NCBI GenBank assembly: GCA_963755125.1
Contig: CAVWIP010000017.1
Location: forward strand, 256,001 to 320,000
Reading direction: 5' to 3'
Length of the DNA: 64,000 nucleotides
DNA from: an uncultured delta proteobacterium
GTDB taxonomy: Bacteria > Myxococcota_A > Polyangia > Fen-1088
Numbering within the stretch: position 1 is the first letter of the stretch; the number at the start of each line of letters is the position of its first letter. Both the position numbers and the translations under genes were made by a program. Under the pieces are notes generated by a model. It was not told the DNA's origin. It was given only the letters and a program-made list of their open reading frames with translations, and did no database searches. Below, piece after piece: positions 10,264-22,239 of the stretch.

Positions 10264-11552
10264 CTATCTGCGCGCAACAGCGAACGGACGCCCAGCACCA
10301 CGTCCAGCTTGCGGATGTCCGCCACCGCTTTCTGCATGGCGGATTCGCGCACTTCGTGGGTTAGGATGACCAACTCGGCCTCCTTGCCGGTGGCTTCCTT
10401 CTGCTTGACCCCCGCGATGCTGACCTCGCACTCGCCGAATATCTTGGCGATGGTCGCCAGCACGCCGGGCCGGTCTTTCACCTCGAGCCGCAGGTAGAAC
10501 TTGCTCACCACCTCGCCCATGGGGACCACGTGCTTCTTGCGCGCGCCGAAGTTCATGCGCGCACTCACGCCGCCCTGGGGATGGTGCATGGCCAGATCGA
10601 TGATGTCGCCCAGGATGGCCGACGCGGTCGGCAACTGCCCGGCACCGCGGCCGTAGAACATGACGTCGCCCACGTAGTTGCCCCGCGCGAACACGGCGTT
10701 GAAGGAATCGTTGACCGCAGCCAGCGGGTGGTCGCGCCGGATCATCATCGGGTGCACGCGCAGCTCGACGCTCTTCTCGTCGTGCTCGATGCCGATGGCC
10801 AGCAGCTTGATGACATAGCCGTACTCCTTGGCCAACTCGATGTCGCGCGCGGTGATGGCGCGGATGCCCTCGGTGTGGATCTCGCGGTAGTCGACCGCGG
10901 TGTTGAAGGCGAGCGCGGCTAGGATGGCCAGCTTGTAGGCGGCGTCGTGGCCGTCTACGTCGGCGGTCGGATCAGCCTCGGCATAGCCCAGCTCTTGCGC
11001 TTCTCGCAGCACCGCCGCGAACTCGGCGCCGTCACGGTGCATCTTGGTCAGGATGAAGTTGGTGGTGCCGTTGACGATGCCGTACAGGCGTTCGAAGCGA
11101 TTGACAGCCAGCGACTGGCCCAGGGCGTGGATGACGGGGATGCCGCCGCACGACGAGGCTTCGAAGTGCAGTGTCGCGTTCTGCTTTCGCGCCAGGGCGA
11201 GTAGCTCGGGCCCCTTCTTGGCGATGAGCTCCTTGTTGGCAGTGACCACGTGCTTGCCGGCGTTCAGCGCCGCCTCCACCAAGGAGTAGGCCGCTTTGAC
11301 GCCGCCGATGACCTCGACCACGACGCGGATCTCGGGGTCGTCCAGGATCTCCTGCGCGTTCTCGGTGAGCCGCTCAGGTGGCAGGCCAGTTGACTTGCGC
11401 TTGGCTGGGTCGATGTCCGCTGCCTTGCGTAGCTCGACCGCCACGCCTGTCTTGCGACGCAGGTTGTCTGCCTCGTCGACGAGAAGTTTCACGACACCGC
11501 CCCCAACGGTGCCACAGCCAATGACCCCCACTCCAAACTTGCCGGTCGGCAT
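10260..11552 (-). CDS. hom: Homoserine dehydrogenase with C-terminal ACT domain
   Basis: GCGTVGGG, HVVTANK, GIVNGTTNFIL, GYAEADPTADVDGHDAAYK, DRPGVLA; AGGAG SD before ATG 11552. Confidence 0.96.
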   Translation of the reverse strand: MPTGKFGVGVIGCGTVGGGVVKLLVDEADNLRRKTGVAVELRKAADIDPAKRKSTGLPPERLTENAQEILDDPEIRVVVEVIGGVKAAYSLVEAALNAGKHVVTANKELIAKKGPELLALARKQNATLHFEASSCGGIPVIHALGQSLAVNRFERLYGIVNGTTNFILTKMHRDGAEFAAVLREAQELGYAEADPTADVDGHDAAYKLAILAALAFNTAVDYREIHTEGIRAITARDIELAKEYGYVIKLLAIGIEHDEKSVELRVHPMMIRRDHPLAAVNDSFNAVFARGNYVGDVMFYGRGAGQLPTASAILGDIIDLAMHHPQGGVSARMNFGARKKHVVPMGEVVSKFYLRLEVKDRPGVLATIAKIFGECEVSIAGVKQKEATGKEAELVILTHEVRESAMQKAVADIRKLDVVLGVRSLLRADS

Positions 11553-11793
11553 GACTAGTTCTCCTGAAATGTTGCTGCGACTTGGCGCTCGCTTTCCCGG
11601 CGACACGCGCCGGCCTACACCTAGCGCTCTTTCGGTCGGAGTTCAACGGTTGGCACCGTCACCGTCGACGCCCCTGTCACCCACACCGCTCCCCGCCGAG
11701 TCGCGCGCAATGCGGCGTGTTTGTCGGCGATTGCACGGCAGACGCACCCGTGGTAAACGAAATTGTCACTTACAGGCACACCCCAAAGTCGTG

Positions 11794-11821
11794 GGCGGGC
11801 CATCGAGCCCGCCTTTTTTTT
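11794..11821 (+). terminator. Intrinsic terminator in the rimP leader (attenuator-like)
   Basis: GGCGGGC-catcga-GCCCGCC followed by T8, about 35 nt before the rimP start. Confidence 0.8.
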
Positions 11822-11854
11822 GTCCAACGAAACCCGACAACACAACCGCAAAGA

Positions 11855-12523
11855 ATGCGCACCGAACCACAAGTGCTCTGGCAACTGGTCGAACCCCCCA
11901 TCCAGGGGGCGGGGTTGGATCTCATCGAGCTTCAGTGGAATCGCGAAGGTGAAGGGTGGATTCTGCGTGTCTTCATCGACCGTCCCGAGCCGCCGCACCT
12001 TCCGGGCGCGAGCGAGCCGCCTGTGGATGTTCTGCCTCGAATCGCGGTGAGCCACGAGGATTGCGAGCGCGTCAGCCGGGATCTTTCTGCGGCCTTGGAT
12101 GTCGCCGACGTGATTCATCACACCTACAAGCTCGAGGTCAGCTCTCCTGGCCTCGACCGTCCGCTGCGCCGCGAGCAGGATTTCCGACGCTTCGCCGGTC
12201 AGCAGGTGAAGATTCGTTGCACCGAGCCGAGCGAAGGGCGGCGGAATTTCTCCGGCGTGCTTCGCGGAGCGCAGAATGGCCAGGTCGAAGTCGATTGCGA
12301 GGGCAGGGTGTACCACCTGCCCATGACAACCATCGCCAGGGCCAACCTGGTTCCGGACTGGGCCGCAGAGTTTCGCCGGCAAGGTACCGCCCATGCAGGC
12401 GAAGACGGTCCTCGCAAGCCGGAGTTAGGGCGGGAGAGTGAGTGGGAACATTCCCATGGCGAGAACAAGACGGGGCGGGAGACGAGCACCGCGCCCCATG
12501 CGCCACACAGGAGTGCGTCATGA
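11855..12523 (+). CDS. rimP: Ribosome maturation factor RimP
   Basis: [38 protein letters not shown]; precedes nusA. Start placed at ATG 11855. Confidence 0.93.
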   Translation: MRTEPQVLWQLVEPPIQGAGLDLIELQWNREGEGWILRVFIDRPEPPHLPGASEPPVDVLPRIAVSHEDCERVSRDLSAALDVADVIHHTYKLEVSSPGLDRPLRREQDFRRFAGQQVKIRCTEPSEGRRNFSGVLRGAQNGQVEVDCEGRVYHLPMTTIARANLVPDWAAEFRRQGTAHAGEDGPRKPELGRESEWEHSHGENKTGRETSTAPHAPHRSAS

Positions 12524-13932
12524 GTGAAGGGACGAGCCTGAGTCAGGTCATCGATCAGGTTTCGAAGGACAAGAACATCGAGCGCAAGATCCTGGTCGAA
12601 GCGCTCGAGTCGGCGATCCTGACCGCAGCCAAGCGCGCCTTTGGCGAAGAGCGCGAGATGGAAGCCAAGTTCAACGACGCTACTGGCCGCGTCGACTTGT
12701 TCCAGATCATCATCGTGGCCGACCCGGTGACCAATCCGGCCAAGGAGATCTCGCTCGACGAGGCCAAGCAGTTCAACCTTCAGGCGGACGCCGGTGACGA
12801 ACTGCTGTTTCAGATCTTCTTCGACGAGAAAGACCAGGCGCGGGCCGAGGAACAGGACGCCAAGTATGGGGCCCTGCTCAAGCTCAACCGGGCCTGGAAG
12901 ACCTTCGGCCGCTTCGCCGCGCAGACGGCAAAGCAGGTGATCCTGCAGCGGGTGCGCGAGGCCGAGCGCGACAACGTTTTCAACCAGTACCGCGACAAGA
13001 AGGGTGAGCTGATCTCGGGCATCGTGCGGCGCTTTGAACGTGGCAACATCGTCGTCGATCTGGGTGGAGCCGAGGCGGTGCTGCCGGTGCGCGAGCAGGT
13101 GCCGCGCGAGTCGTTCCGGGCGGGCGATCGCATCGTGGCCTATGTGGTCGATATCGATAAGTCGGCGCGCGGTCCGCAGATCATCATTTCCCGTGGCCAC
13201 AAGGGCCTGCTGGAGAAGCTCTTCGAGATGGAGGTACCGGAGATCTACGACAAGATCGTGCGGGTCGAGGCCTCGGCGCGCGAGCCGGGCGCTCGTTCGA
13301 AGATCGCGGTCAGCTCGCGCGATCGCGATGTGGATCCGGTGGGGGCCTGCGTGGGCATGAAGGGCTCGCGCGTGCAGGCGGTGGTGCAGGAATTGCGCGG
13401 CGAGAAAATCGACATCGTGCCTTACGACAACGACCCGGCTCGCTTCGTGTGCAACGCCATCGCGCCGGCCCAAGTTTCGCGCGTGATGATCGACGCCGCC
13501 AACCACACCATGGAGCTGGTGGTGGCCGACGACAAGCTTTCCTTGGCCATCGGCAAGAAGGGTCAGAACGTGCGGCTGGCCTCGCAGCTCACCAACTGGC
13601 GCATCGACATCCACTCGGAAACCAAGATGCGCGAGGCCGAGGAGCGGGCGCGCGCCTCGCTCGCCGCCATCGAGGGCACAACCCCCGAGATTCTCGAGGC
13701 GCTGCTTCGCGCGGGGTGGGGCTCAGCCGAGGCCGTGGCCCGAGCCGTGGTGGACGAACTGGCCACCTTGCCTGGGGTGGGTGGCATCGAGGCGGCGGCC
13801 CGTCTGTGTGCGGCGGCCGCCCGGGCGGCCGCGATCGAGGAGCAACGCCGGGTTGAGGACAGGGCGCGTGCCCAGGCCGAGGCGGCGGCAGCGCCTGCAC
13901 CCGAGGCCGGCGCGTCTGCCGAGAGGACATAG
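12520..13932 (+). CDS. nusA: Transcription factor NusA
   Basis: [59 protein letters not shown] coupling to rimP. Confidence 0.97.
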   Translation: MSEGTSLSQVIDQVSKDKNIERKILVEALESAILTAAKRAFGEEREMEAKFNDATGRVDLFQIIIVADPVTNPAKEISLDEAKQFNLQADAGDELLFQIFFDEKDQARAEEQDAKYGALLKLNRAWKTFGRFAAQTAKQVILQRVREAERDNVFNQYRDKKGELISGIVRRFERGNIVVDLGGAEAVLPVREQVPRESFRAGDRIVAYVVDIDKSARGPQIIISRGHKGLLEKLFEMEVPEIYDKIVRVEASAREPGARSKIAVSSRDRDVDPVGACVGMKGSRVQAVVQELRGEKIDIVPYDNDPARFVCNAIAPAQVSRVMIDAANHTMELVVADDKLSLAIGKKGQNVRLASQLTNWRIDIHSETKMREAEERARASLAAIEGTTPEILEALLRAGWGSAEAVARAVVDELATLPGVGGIEAAARLCAAAARAAAIEEQRRVEDRARAQAEAAAAPAPEAGASAERT

Positions 13933-13944
13933 CGGAGACGGACC

Positions 13945-14253
13945 ATGAGGCGCATTCCCGAAAGAACCTGCATTGGCTGTCGGCGCGCGGTCCCGGCCAG
14001 CGAAGTCGTGCGCCTGGCAGCGCCCGGCGGGTGTGTGACGGTTGCCATACGGCGAGGCGGCTCCGCGATGCCGCGGCAGGGACGCGGGGCCTGGCTGCAT
14101 CCCACAGAGCAGTGCGTGGCCGCGGCAGTCAAGCAGCGGGCTTTTGGCCGGGCCTTTCGCGTCGGGGTGAATGGACTGGACCCAGTCCAACTACTGACCG
14201 ACGTGCGCTTGGCGATCGGGGCTTCGTCCCACGAGCAGGGTGAGTCATCATGA
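13945..14253 (+). CDS. ylxR: YlxR/DUF448 RNA-binding protein
   Basis: [16 protein letters not shown]...AFGRAFR; canonical position between nusA and infB. Confidence 0.88.
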   Translation: MRRIPERTCIGCRRAVPASEVVRLAAPGGCVTVAIRRGGSAMPRQGRGAWLHPTEQCVAAAVKQRAFGRAFRVGVNGLDPVQLLTDVRLAIGASSHEQGESS

Positions 14254-16937
14254 TGAGCGGATATGAACGCAGAGATCCCGGCTCAGAGGCAGCAGGCACC
14301 GCGGTGTCTGCTGCGAAGATTCGCGTCTACGAGTTGGCGAAAGAGGTTGGCTTGGCCCCCAAGGACATGGTCGCCAAGATCCGCAGCCTTGGCGTCGAGG
14401 TGGGCAACCACATGTCGAACCTGGACGGCGTCGATGCCGACCGGGTCCGGCGAGCCATCGAGCGCGAGCGTCAGGAGAGCCTAGTCGAGGAACGTCTGAG
14501 CGACACTGTGATCCGGCGGCGGTCGCGCACGGCAGGGGCCGCCCGTCCAGCGCCGGCGCGGACCGCAGCTCTTTCCGCGGCTGCCACGTCGTCGGTGATT
14601 GAGGCACCACCGCCTGCCCCGGCGCCGGAGACGCCGGTGGCGGCCACGCCTGCATCCGTTTCGCTGCGCGGCGAGCCGGAGGCGCCAGCGCCTGTGGCAG
14701 AAACCCGCGCTCCCGCGGTCAGCGAGGCGATGCCAGAGGCGACGCCGGCTCCCGTCGAGGAGTCAGCCGGTGCCGCCCCGGCCGAGGTCGCGGTTGAAGC
14801 CGAAACCGAGCCAATGTCGCTGCCAGCAGAGGCCAGCCTAGTGACGCCGATCCCGGTGCCGGTGAAGATTCCACAACCGGTGGTGACCGGTTCGGCTGCG
14901 ACCGGGCAATTCATCCAGTTGCCCGGGCTGGGCTCGCGCGAGGCCAATGTTCCCAAGATCGAGATCAAGGACCGCGACGAGGAGTTGCGCCGTCTGGGGC
15001 GGGGCAGTCTCGTGTCGCGCGGCCCGGGTGGCCGCGACTGGCGCGCGCCCGGCGCCCCCGGGCAGCGGCCGGGTGGACCACCTCGCAAGAAGGTGGCGCT
15101 CGCCGGCAAGAAGCTGAAGCAGACGCTCATCACCACGCCCGCGGAACACAAGCGTGTCATCCGCATGGGCGAGGCCATCGGGGTGGCCGATCTGGCCCAG
15201 AAGATGGGGGTCAAGGGTAACGAGGTGGTCAAGAAGCTGTGGGCGCTCGGCATGATGGGCGTGAACATCAACCAGAGCATCGAGCTCGACGCCGCCAGCC
15301 TGATTGCCACCGAATTCGGCTATCAGGTGGAGTCCACCGCCTTCAAGGAAGAAGAAATCATTTCCGAAGGCCAGACGGACAACCCCGAGGATCTGCTGCC
15401 GCGCGCTCCGGTGGTCACCGTGATGGGCCACGTGGACCACGGCAAGACGTCGCTGCTCGACGCCATTCGCAAGGCCAACGTCGCGGGTGGCGAGGCCGGC
15501 GGCATCACCCAGCACATCGGGGCGTATCGGGTTCACACCCCACACGGCGATGTCGTGTTCCTGGATACGCCCGGCCATGAGGCCTTCACCGCCATGCGCG
15601 CGCGCGGCGCCCAGATGACGGACATCGTGGTCATCGTGGTCGCGGCTGAAGAAGGCCCCATGCCACAAACCATCGAGGCTATCAAGCACGCGCAGGCGGC
15701 CGAGGTGCCCATCCTGGTGGCCATCAACAAGATCGACAAGCCGGGCGCCAACCCGGCAATGGTGCGCACCCGCCTGATGGAGCAGCAGCTGGTGGCGGAA
15801 GAGATGGGCGGCGAAACCATCTTCGTCGAGGTTTCCGCCAAGACCAAGCAGGGCATCGATCGGCTGCTGGAGATGCTGGCCCTGCAGGCCGAGGTGCTGG
15901 AGCTGAAGGCCAATCCCAAGAAGGCGGCCAAGGGTCACGTGGTGGAGGCGCGCCTGGACCGGGCCCGCGGTGCCATCGCGACGGTGTTGGTCGAGGAAGG
16001 CACCCTGCACGCGGGCGATCTGGTGGTGGCCGGTGAAGCCTATGGAAAGCTTCGCGCCATGCTGGGCGACAAGGGCCAGAACATCACCGAGGCTCCGCCC
16101 TCCACGCCGGTCGAACTGCTCGGTCTGGACGGTGTTCCCGACGCGGGCGAGATCTTCAACGTCGTCGCCGACGAGAAGTCGGCCAAGGCGCTGGTCGAGC
16201 ACCGGCGCGAACAGCGCAAGCGCAAGGAAGCCAGCAGCACCACGCGCGTGTCGCTGGAGAACATCCTCGACAAGATCAAGGAAGGCGAGATCAAGGAAGT
16301 GCGCATCGTGCTCAAGGCCGATGTGCAGGGTTCGGTCGAGGCGATTTCCAATGCCTTGCGGAACCTGTCCACGCCGACGGTGGGCGTGAACGTGATCTCG
16401 GCCGGAGTGGGCGGCATCACCGAGTCGGATGTGACTTTGGCCAAGGCTTCCGCCGCCATCGTGGTCGGATTCAACGTGCGGCCGGCGGGCAAGTCGCGCG
16501 CGCTGGCGGATCAAGAGGGCGTGGACATCAAGCTTTACCAGATCATCTACGACGCCATCGACGACGTGAAGAAGGCCATGCTGGGCATGCTCTCGCCGGT
16601 GACCAAAGAGAAGATCCTCGGCCGGGCCGAGGTGCGCCAGGTGTTCCACATCAGCAAGGCGGGCACGGTGGCCGGCTGCACGGTGGTCGATGGCAAGGTC
16701 ACGCGCCGGTCGCATGTGCGCCTGATTCGCGATTCGGTGGTGGTCCACACCGGCCGGTTGAGCTCGCTGCGCCGATTCAAGGAAGACGCCAGCGAGGTCA
16801 CCCACGGCTACGAGTGCGGCATCGCCATCGAGAACTACGGCGATGTCAAGGAGGGCGACGTCATCGAGGCCTTCGAGGTGGAGTCCATCGCAGCGGTCTT
16901 GGACCAGCCCACCTCGGCACCGCCCGCGCGCAAGTAG
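14250..16937 (+). CDS. infB: Translation initiation factor IF-2
   Basis: [10 protein letters not shown]-domain, [31 protein letters not shown]. Start could be slightly downstream. Confidence 0.98.
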   Translation: MMSGYERRDPGSEAAGTAVSAAKIRVYELAKEVGLAPKDMVAKIRSLGVEVGNHMSNLDGVDADRVRRAIERERQESLVEERLSDTVIRRRSRTAGAARPAPARTAALSAAATSSVIEAPPPAPAPETPVAATPASVSLRGEPEAPAPVAETRAPAVSEAMPEATPAPVEESAGAAPAEVAVEAETEPMSLPAEASLVTPIPVPVKIPQPVVTGSAATGQFIQLPGLGSREANVPKIEIKDRDEELRRLGRGSLVSRGPGGRDWRAPGAPGQRPGGPPRKKVALAGKKLKQTLITTPAEHKRVIRMGEAIGVADLAQKMGVKGNEVVKKLWALGMMGVNINQSIELDAASLIATEFGYQVESTAFKEEEIISEGQTDNPEDLLPRAPVVTVMGHVDHGKTSLLDAIRKANVAGGEAGGITQHIGAYRVHTPHGDVVFLDTPGHEAFTAMRARGAQMTDIVVIVVAAEEGPMPQTIEAIKHAQAAEVPILVAINKIDKPGANPAMVRTRLMEQQLVAEEMGGETIFVEVSAKTKQGIDRLLEMLALQAEVLELKANPKKAAKGHVVEARLDRARGAIATVLVEEGTLHAGDLVVAGEAYGKLRAMLGDKGQNITEAPPSTPVELLGLDGVPDAGEIFNVVADEKSAKALVEHRREQRKRKEASSTTRVSLENILDKIKEGEIKEVRIVLKADVQGSVEAISNALRNLSTPTVGVNVISAGVGGITESDVTLAKASAAIVVGFNVRPAGKSRALADQEGVDIKLYQIIYDAIDDVKKAMLGMLSPVTKEKILGRAEVRQVFHISKAGTVAGCTVVDGKVTRRSHVRLIRDSVVVHTGRLSSLRRFKEDASEVTHGYECGIAIENYGDVKEGDVIEAFEVESIAAVLDQPTSAPPARK

Positions 16938-16956
16938 CGGCGGTCTTCCCTAGGGC

Positions 16957-17277
16957 ATGACCGTCGGTATCGCGCGAATCACGCTCCTCGTTCCGGAGAG
17001 CCATTCTCTCAAGGAGAAAAGGATGGTTGTGCGGCGGGTGAAGGATCGCGTGCGCAACAAGTTCAACGTCGCCATCGCCGAGGTGGACGATAACGATGTT
17101 TGGCAGCGTGCTGTGGTGGGCCTGGCGTTGCTGGGCAACGACCGTCGCTTCGTGGAGTCGGCGCTGGACGAGGTGGTGCGATTCGTGCGCGGTTTGGCCG
17201 AAACCACCAACGTGGAGCGCGAACTTTTGACTTTCAGCCAACCCCTGGCGGAAAACGATCTGGGATGGAAAGGCTAG
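16957..17277 (+). CDS. DUF503 (YlxP-like) protein
   Basis: SHSLKEKRMVV...KFNVAIAEV...WQRAVVG; between infB and rbfA. Confidence 0.9.
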   Translation: MTVGIARITLLVPESHSLKEKRMVVRRVKDRVRNKFNVAIAEVDDNDVWQRAVVGLALLGNDRRFVESALDEVVRFVRGLAETTNVERELLTFSQPLAENDLGWKG

Positions 17278-17284
17278 GGCTTGG

Positions 17285-17644
17285 ATGAGTCAACGCGCGG
17301 AAAGAGTGGCGGGCGAGATCCGGCAGGTTCTCGGGGAGATGGTGGTGCGCGGGGCGATCAAGGATCCGCGCGTGCGCGACGCCGGCCTCATCACTATCAC
17401 CTATGTTCGCATCACGGGAGATCTGCGCCAGGCGCGCGTGTTCTTCACCGTGCACGGCGCTGACGAGTCGGCCCTGGAGAAAGTTCGCGCGGGCCTGCAG
17501 AGTGCAGCCGGGTTCATGCGCCGGCAAGTGGGCGAGCGACTCAGGCTCAAGGTGACGCCCGGACTGGACTTCGAGGTCGACCGCGTGTTGGACCAGGAGG
17601 CTCACATCGAGCAACTCCTGCGAGAGGTGGCCAAGAAGGAGTGA
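17285..17644 (+). CDS. rbfA: Ribosome-binding factor A
   Basis: RAERVAGEI, IKDPR, DLRQARVF, AAGFMR, TPGLDFEVD. Confidence 0.95.
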   Translation: MSQRAERVAGEIRQVLGEMVVRGAIKDPRVRDAGLITITYVRITGDLRQARVFFTVHGADESALEKVRAGLQSAAGFMRRQVGERLRLKVTPGLDFEVDRVLDQEAHIEQLLREVAKKE

Positions 17645-18555
17645 GCGTTCTCGTCGTCGACAAGCCGGTCGGCCCCACATCCTTCGCGGTGCTGCGCCGG
17701 GTGCGCCGCGCGCTCGTGCGCGCCCGAGGCGGCGCGGAGCGAGCGCCCAAGCTCGGCCACGGCGGGACCCTGGATCCCATGGCGTCGGGCGTGTTGCCGG
17801 TGTGCGTGGGCGAGGCCACCAAGATCGTTCCCTTCCTGCTCGACGCCGACAAGGAATACCTGGCCGTCGTGCGCTTCGGTGTCGAAACCGATACCCTGGA
17901 CGCCACCGGCCAGGTGCTGTGCGACAAGCCGGTCGGCAACTTGGATGCCGCCCGCGTAGAGGCGGTCTTGGCCAGCTTTCGCGGCGAAATCGAGCAGGTG
18001 CCTCCGATGTTTTCCGCACTCAAGCACCACGGCCAGCCGCTCTATCGCTACGCACGCGCCGGGCAGACGGTGGCAAGGCCGCCTCGCCGGGTGAAGGTGC
18101 ACGATCTCTCGCTGCTGGCCTTCGAGCCGCCCGATCGCGCGCGCCTGCGCATTCGCTGCTCGAAGGGGACGTACATTCGCTCGCTGGCCGCGGACCTGGG
18201 GAGCCGGCTGGGCGTGGGGGCGCACCTGACCGAGTTGCGTCGGACGGCATCGGGTCCCTTTGCTCTGGCGCAAGCCCTGTCCCTCGACGCCATCGACGCC
18301 TGCGTCGACGAGGGACGTGCCTTGCCCTTTCTCTCCCTGCGCGAGGCTCTGGTGCATCTGCCAGCCGTGACGGTCGGCGACGACATGGCTCGGCGCCTGG
18401 CTCGTGGCCAGAGCGTGCGCTGGGACGAGATCGGCGCTGCCGCCGTCGAGCGCGGTCCTCTCTGCGTCCTGCTTCCGCCGGATGTCGTAGTCGCCGTGGT
18501 GGATCGGGGCGCGGAAGGGGCCGTGCGCATCCTGCGCGTCTTCAACGCCGGTTGA
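17641..18555 (+). CDS. truB: tRNA pseudouridine(55) synthase
   Basis: DKPVGPTS, GHGGTLDPMASGVL, QVPPMFSALK, CSKGTYIRSLAADLG. Confidence 0.96.
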   Translation: MSVLVVDKPVGPTSFAVLRRVRRALVRARGGAERAPKLGHGGTLDPMASGVLPVCVGEATKIVPFLLDADKEYLAVVRFGVETDTLDATGQVLCDKPVGNLDAARVEAVLASFRGEIEQVPPMFSALKHHGQPLYRYARAGQTVARPPRRVKVHDLSLLAFEPPDRARLRIRCSKGTYIRSLAADLGSRLGVGAHLTELRRTASGPFALAQALSLDAIDACVDEGRALPFLSLREALVHLPAVTVGDDMARRLARGQSVRWDEIGAAAVERGPLCVLLPPDVVVAVVDRGAEGAVRILRVFNAG

Positions 18556-18624
18556 CTCTTGGCGCGCAATGTAGGAAATTAGTTCGAGAGAAAAAGCAAA
18601 AGTGACAGAAAAGAGCGTGATTGC

Positions 18625-18894
18625 ATGGCGCTAGCCGCAGTAAAGAAAGCAGAAGTTGTCAAGAAGTACGCCAGGGGTCCGGCTGACACCGGATCCCCGG
18701 AAGTCCAGATAGCTCTATTGTCTGAGCGTATCGCCTATCTGACCGAGCATTTTCGCGAGCACACCAAGGACCACCACTCCCGTCGTGGCCTGCTGATGCT
18801 GGTTGGACAGCGGCGCCGGCTGCTTGACTATCTGAAGAAGAAGAACGTCAAGCGGTACCGAGACGTGATCGTTTCGCTCGGTATCCGCAAGTAG
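18625..18894 (+). CDS. rpsO: 30S ribosomal protein S15
   Basis: [35 protein letters not shown]. Confidence 0.98.
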   Translation: MALAAVKKAEVVKKYARGPADTGSPEVQIALLSERIAYLTEHFREHTKDHHSRRGLLMLVGQRRRLLDYLKKKNVKRYRDVIVSLGIRK

Positions 18895-18959
18895 GCCCGA
18901 AGATTTCCCATGGTGGAAGGCGGGCGGTGCGCGATGCATCGGCCGTCACGACAACAGAG

Positions 18960-19055
18960 GGCCCCGGTGCTTGCGTTCATCCTTCTTCCCGCCGGTTCGA
19001 GGTGCGTTCGGATTCGATCCGGACCCGCGAGATGAGGGACGAAGCCACAGGGGCC
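18960..19055 (+). promoter_or_regulatory. Long imperfect stem-loop in pnp leader (candidate RNase III autoregulatory hairpin)
   Basis: GGCCCC...GCTT.CGTT.CATC (about 18960-18981) can pair with GATG...GACG.AAGC...GGGGCC (19031-19055); internal TCGGAT-tcg-ATCCGG hairpin. Confidence 0.5.
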
Positions 19056-19074
19056 GCTAGAGAGGAGCAGCGAA

Positions 19075-21198
<2,124 letters not shown>

Positions 21199-21425
21199 AT
21201 CGGGGGAACTCGGCTGGTACTGCATTCGACGTACGGTGTGCTCTCGTACTTGGTAGGTACGGGCTTGGTGAATATCAAAGAACAGCCGGACAGCAAAAAG
21301 GGTCCGATGAGCCATAGGGGAAACAATCTCGCGACAGGGCCCGTGAGCTTGACGGTTCCGCAAGTCTGGCTCGAAATGTCGACGCGAGGGCTGACCGATC
21401 CATCTGTGGTCGACCGCTGCAGCAT
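21199..21425 (-). pseudogene. Probable truncated lipoprotein gene (frame continues antisense into pnp to 20937)
   Basis: ATG 21425 preceded by TTGACG-N18-TACAAT. Contains a hydrophobic stretch plus lipobox LFPLWLIGPFLLSGC. The unique sequence ends at the pnp stop codon. Confidence 0.4.
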
Positions 21426-21434
21426 GTTGGCGTC

Positions 21435-21464
21435 ATTGTAGGGTGTGTCGCGCGGCCGCGTCAA
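21435..21464 (-). promoter_or_regulatory. Sigma70-type promoter pointing into the pnp 3' end
   Basis: Minus strand TTGACG (21464-21459), 18-bp spacer, TACAAT (21440-21435). Confidence 0.55.
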
Positions 21465-21529
21465 CGCGACCACCCTCATCACCGTGCGACTACCGGTGTC
21501 ACCGCGTCCTGGTCCACTACCCTGCGGAG

Positions 21530-21895
21530 CTAGAGCGCAATGATGGACCTCTCGGGGAGTTCGGCGAGAATCACCCGATCGCCGGTGGCGAGACGCCAGC
21601 CTCGTAGCCGCGCGTGGGCGACGATCAGCCGGTCGAAGGGATCACGCGTCCAGCTCAGGTCCACGGCCGCATCGAAGAGATCGACGGACATGGGGTTATC
21701 GATGGTCCAGCGCGAATCCTGGCCGAGGGCATCACGGGCGCCGGGTGCAAGGCGAATGCGCTTGGCTTCTTCCAGAAAGGCCAGTTCGAGCAGGCTGACA
21801 GGCGAAATGTAGAGGCCGCTCGCGCGCGCCAGCATCCGACCGCGCGCGTGTCCGGTGTACACCCAGATAAGGGCGTTGGTGTCGAGGAGGATCAC
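21530..21895 (-). CDS. vapC: PIN-domain VapC toxin
   Basis: ILLDTNALIW, ISPVSLLEL, RDPFDRLIVAHA, LATGD; overlaps the antitoxin stop. Confidence 0.92.
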   Translation of the reverse strand: MILLDTNALIWVYTGHARGRMLARASGLYISPVSLLELAFLEEAKRIRLAPGARDALGQDSRWTIDNPMSVDLFDAAVDLSWTRDPFDRLIVAHARLRGWRLATGDRVILAELPERSIIAL

Positions 21896-22140
21896 GCCTT
21901 GGTCCGCTGTTTGAAGGCCAAACCAGCCCTCCCGGGACGCCAGGTCCAGTCCCCATTTGCCACCGCCGGATCCAGGATCTCGATGACGGGCCTTGCCGTC
22001 CGGGGTGCTCGACGCGTTTCATCCAGGACGAGGCGGAAGCGCAACTTGCCGCGCTCGATGGTGACCGACTGGCCGCCGGCAGCCTGATTCAAGACACGTG
22101 CGAAGTTCTGGCGCGCCTGGGAGGCGGTGAAACGCGACAT
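21892..22140 (-). CDS. Phd/YefM-family antitoxin
   Basis: MSRFTASQARQNFARVLNQAAGGQSVTIERG is a Phd/YefM N-terminus; upstream of vapC. Start ATG 22140. Confidence 0.88.
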   Translation of the reverse strand: MSRFTASQARQNFARVLNQAAGGQSVTIERGKLRFRLVLDETRRAPRTARPVIEILDPAVANGDWTWRPGRAGLAFKQRTKA

Positions 22141-22141
22141 G

Positions 22142-22176
22142 TGTACATTGTACAACATCGTTGAAAGGAGGGGCAA
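22142..22176 (-). promoter_or_regulatory. TA promoter/operator
   Basis: Minus strand TTGCCC-N18-TACAAT-gtacac-ATG. Two TGTACA palindromes (22142-22147, 22149-22154) overlap the -10. Confidence 0.65.
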
Positions 22177-22239
22177 GGAGGGCCACCGGCTGGTCTGCTC
22201 GGCGCGGAACACCACCCACCCGATGCAGACGCGAGCAGC

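Noticed and set aside
14520..14900. Pro/Ala-rich low-complexity stretch in infB
   Set aside because: This is the normal variable IF-2 N-terminal linker; no exact tandem repeat.
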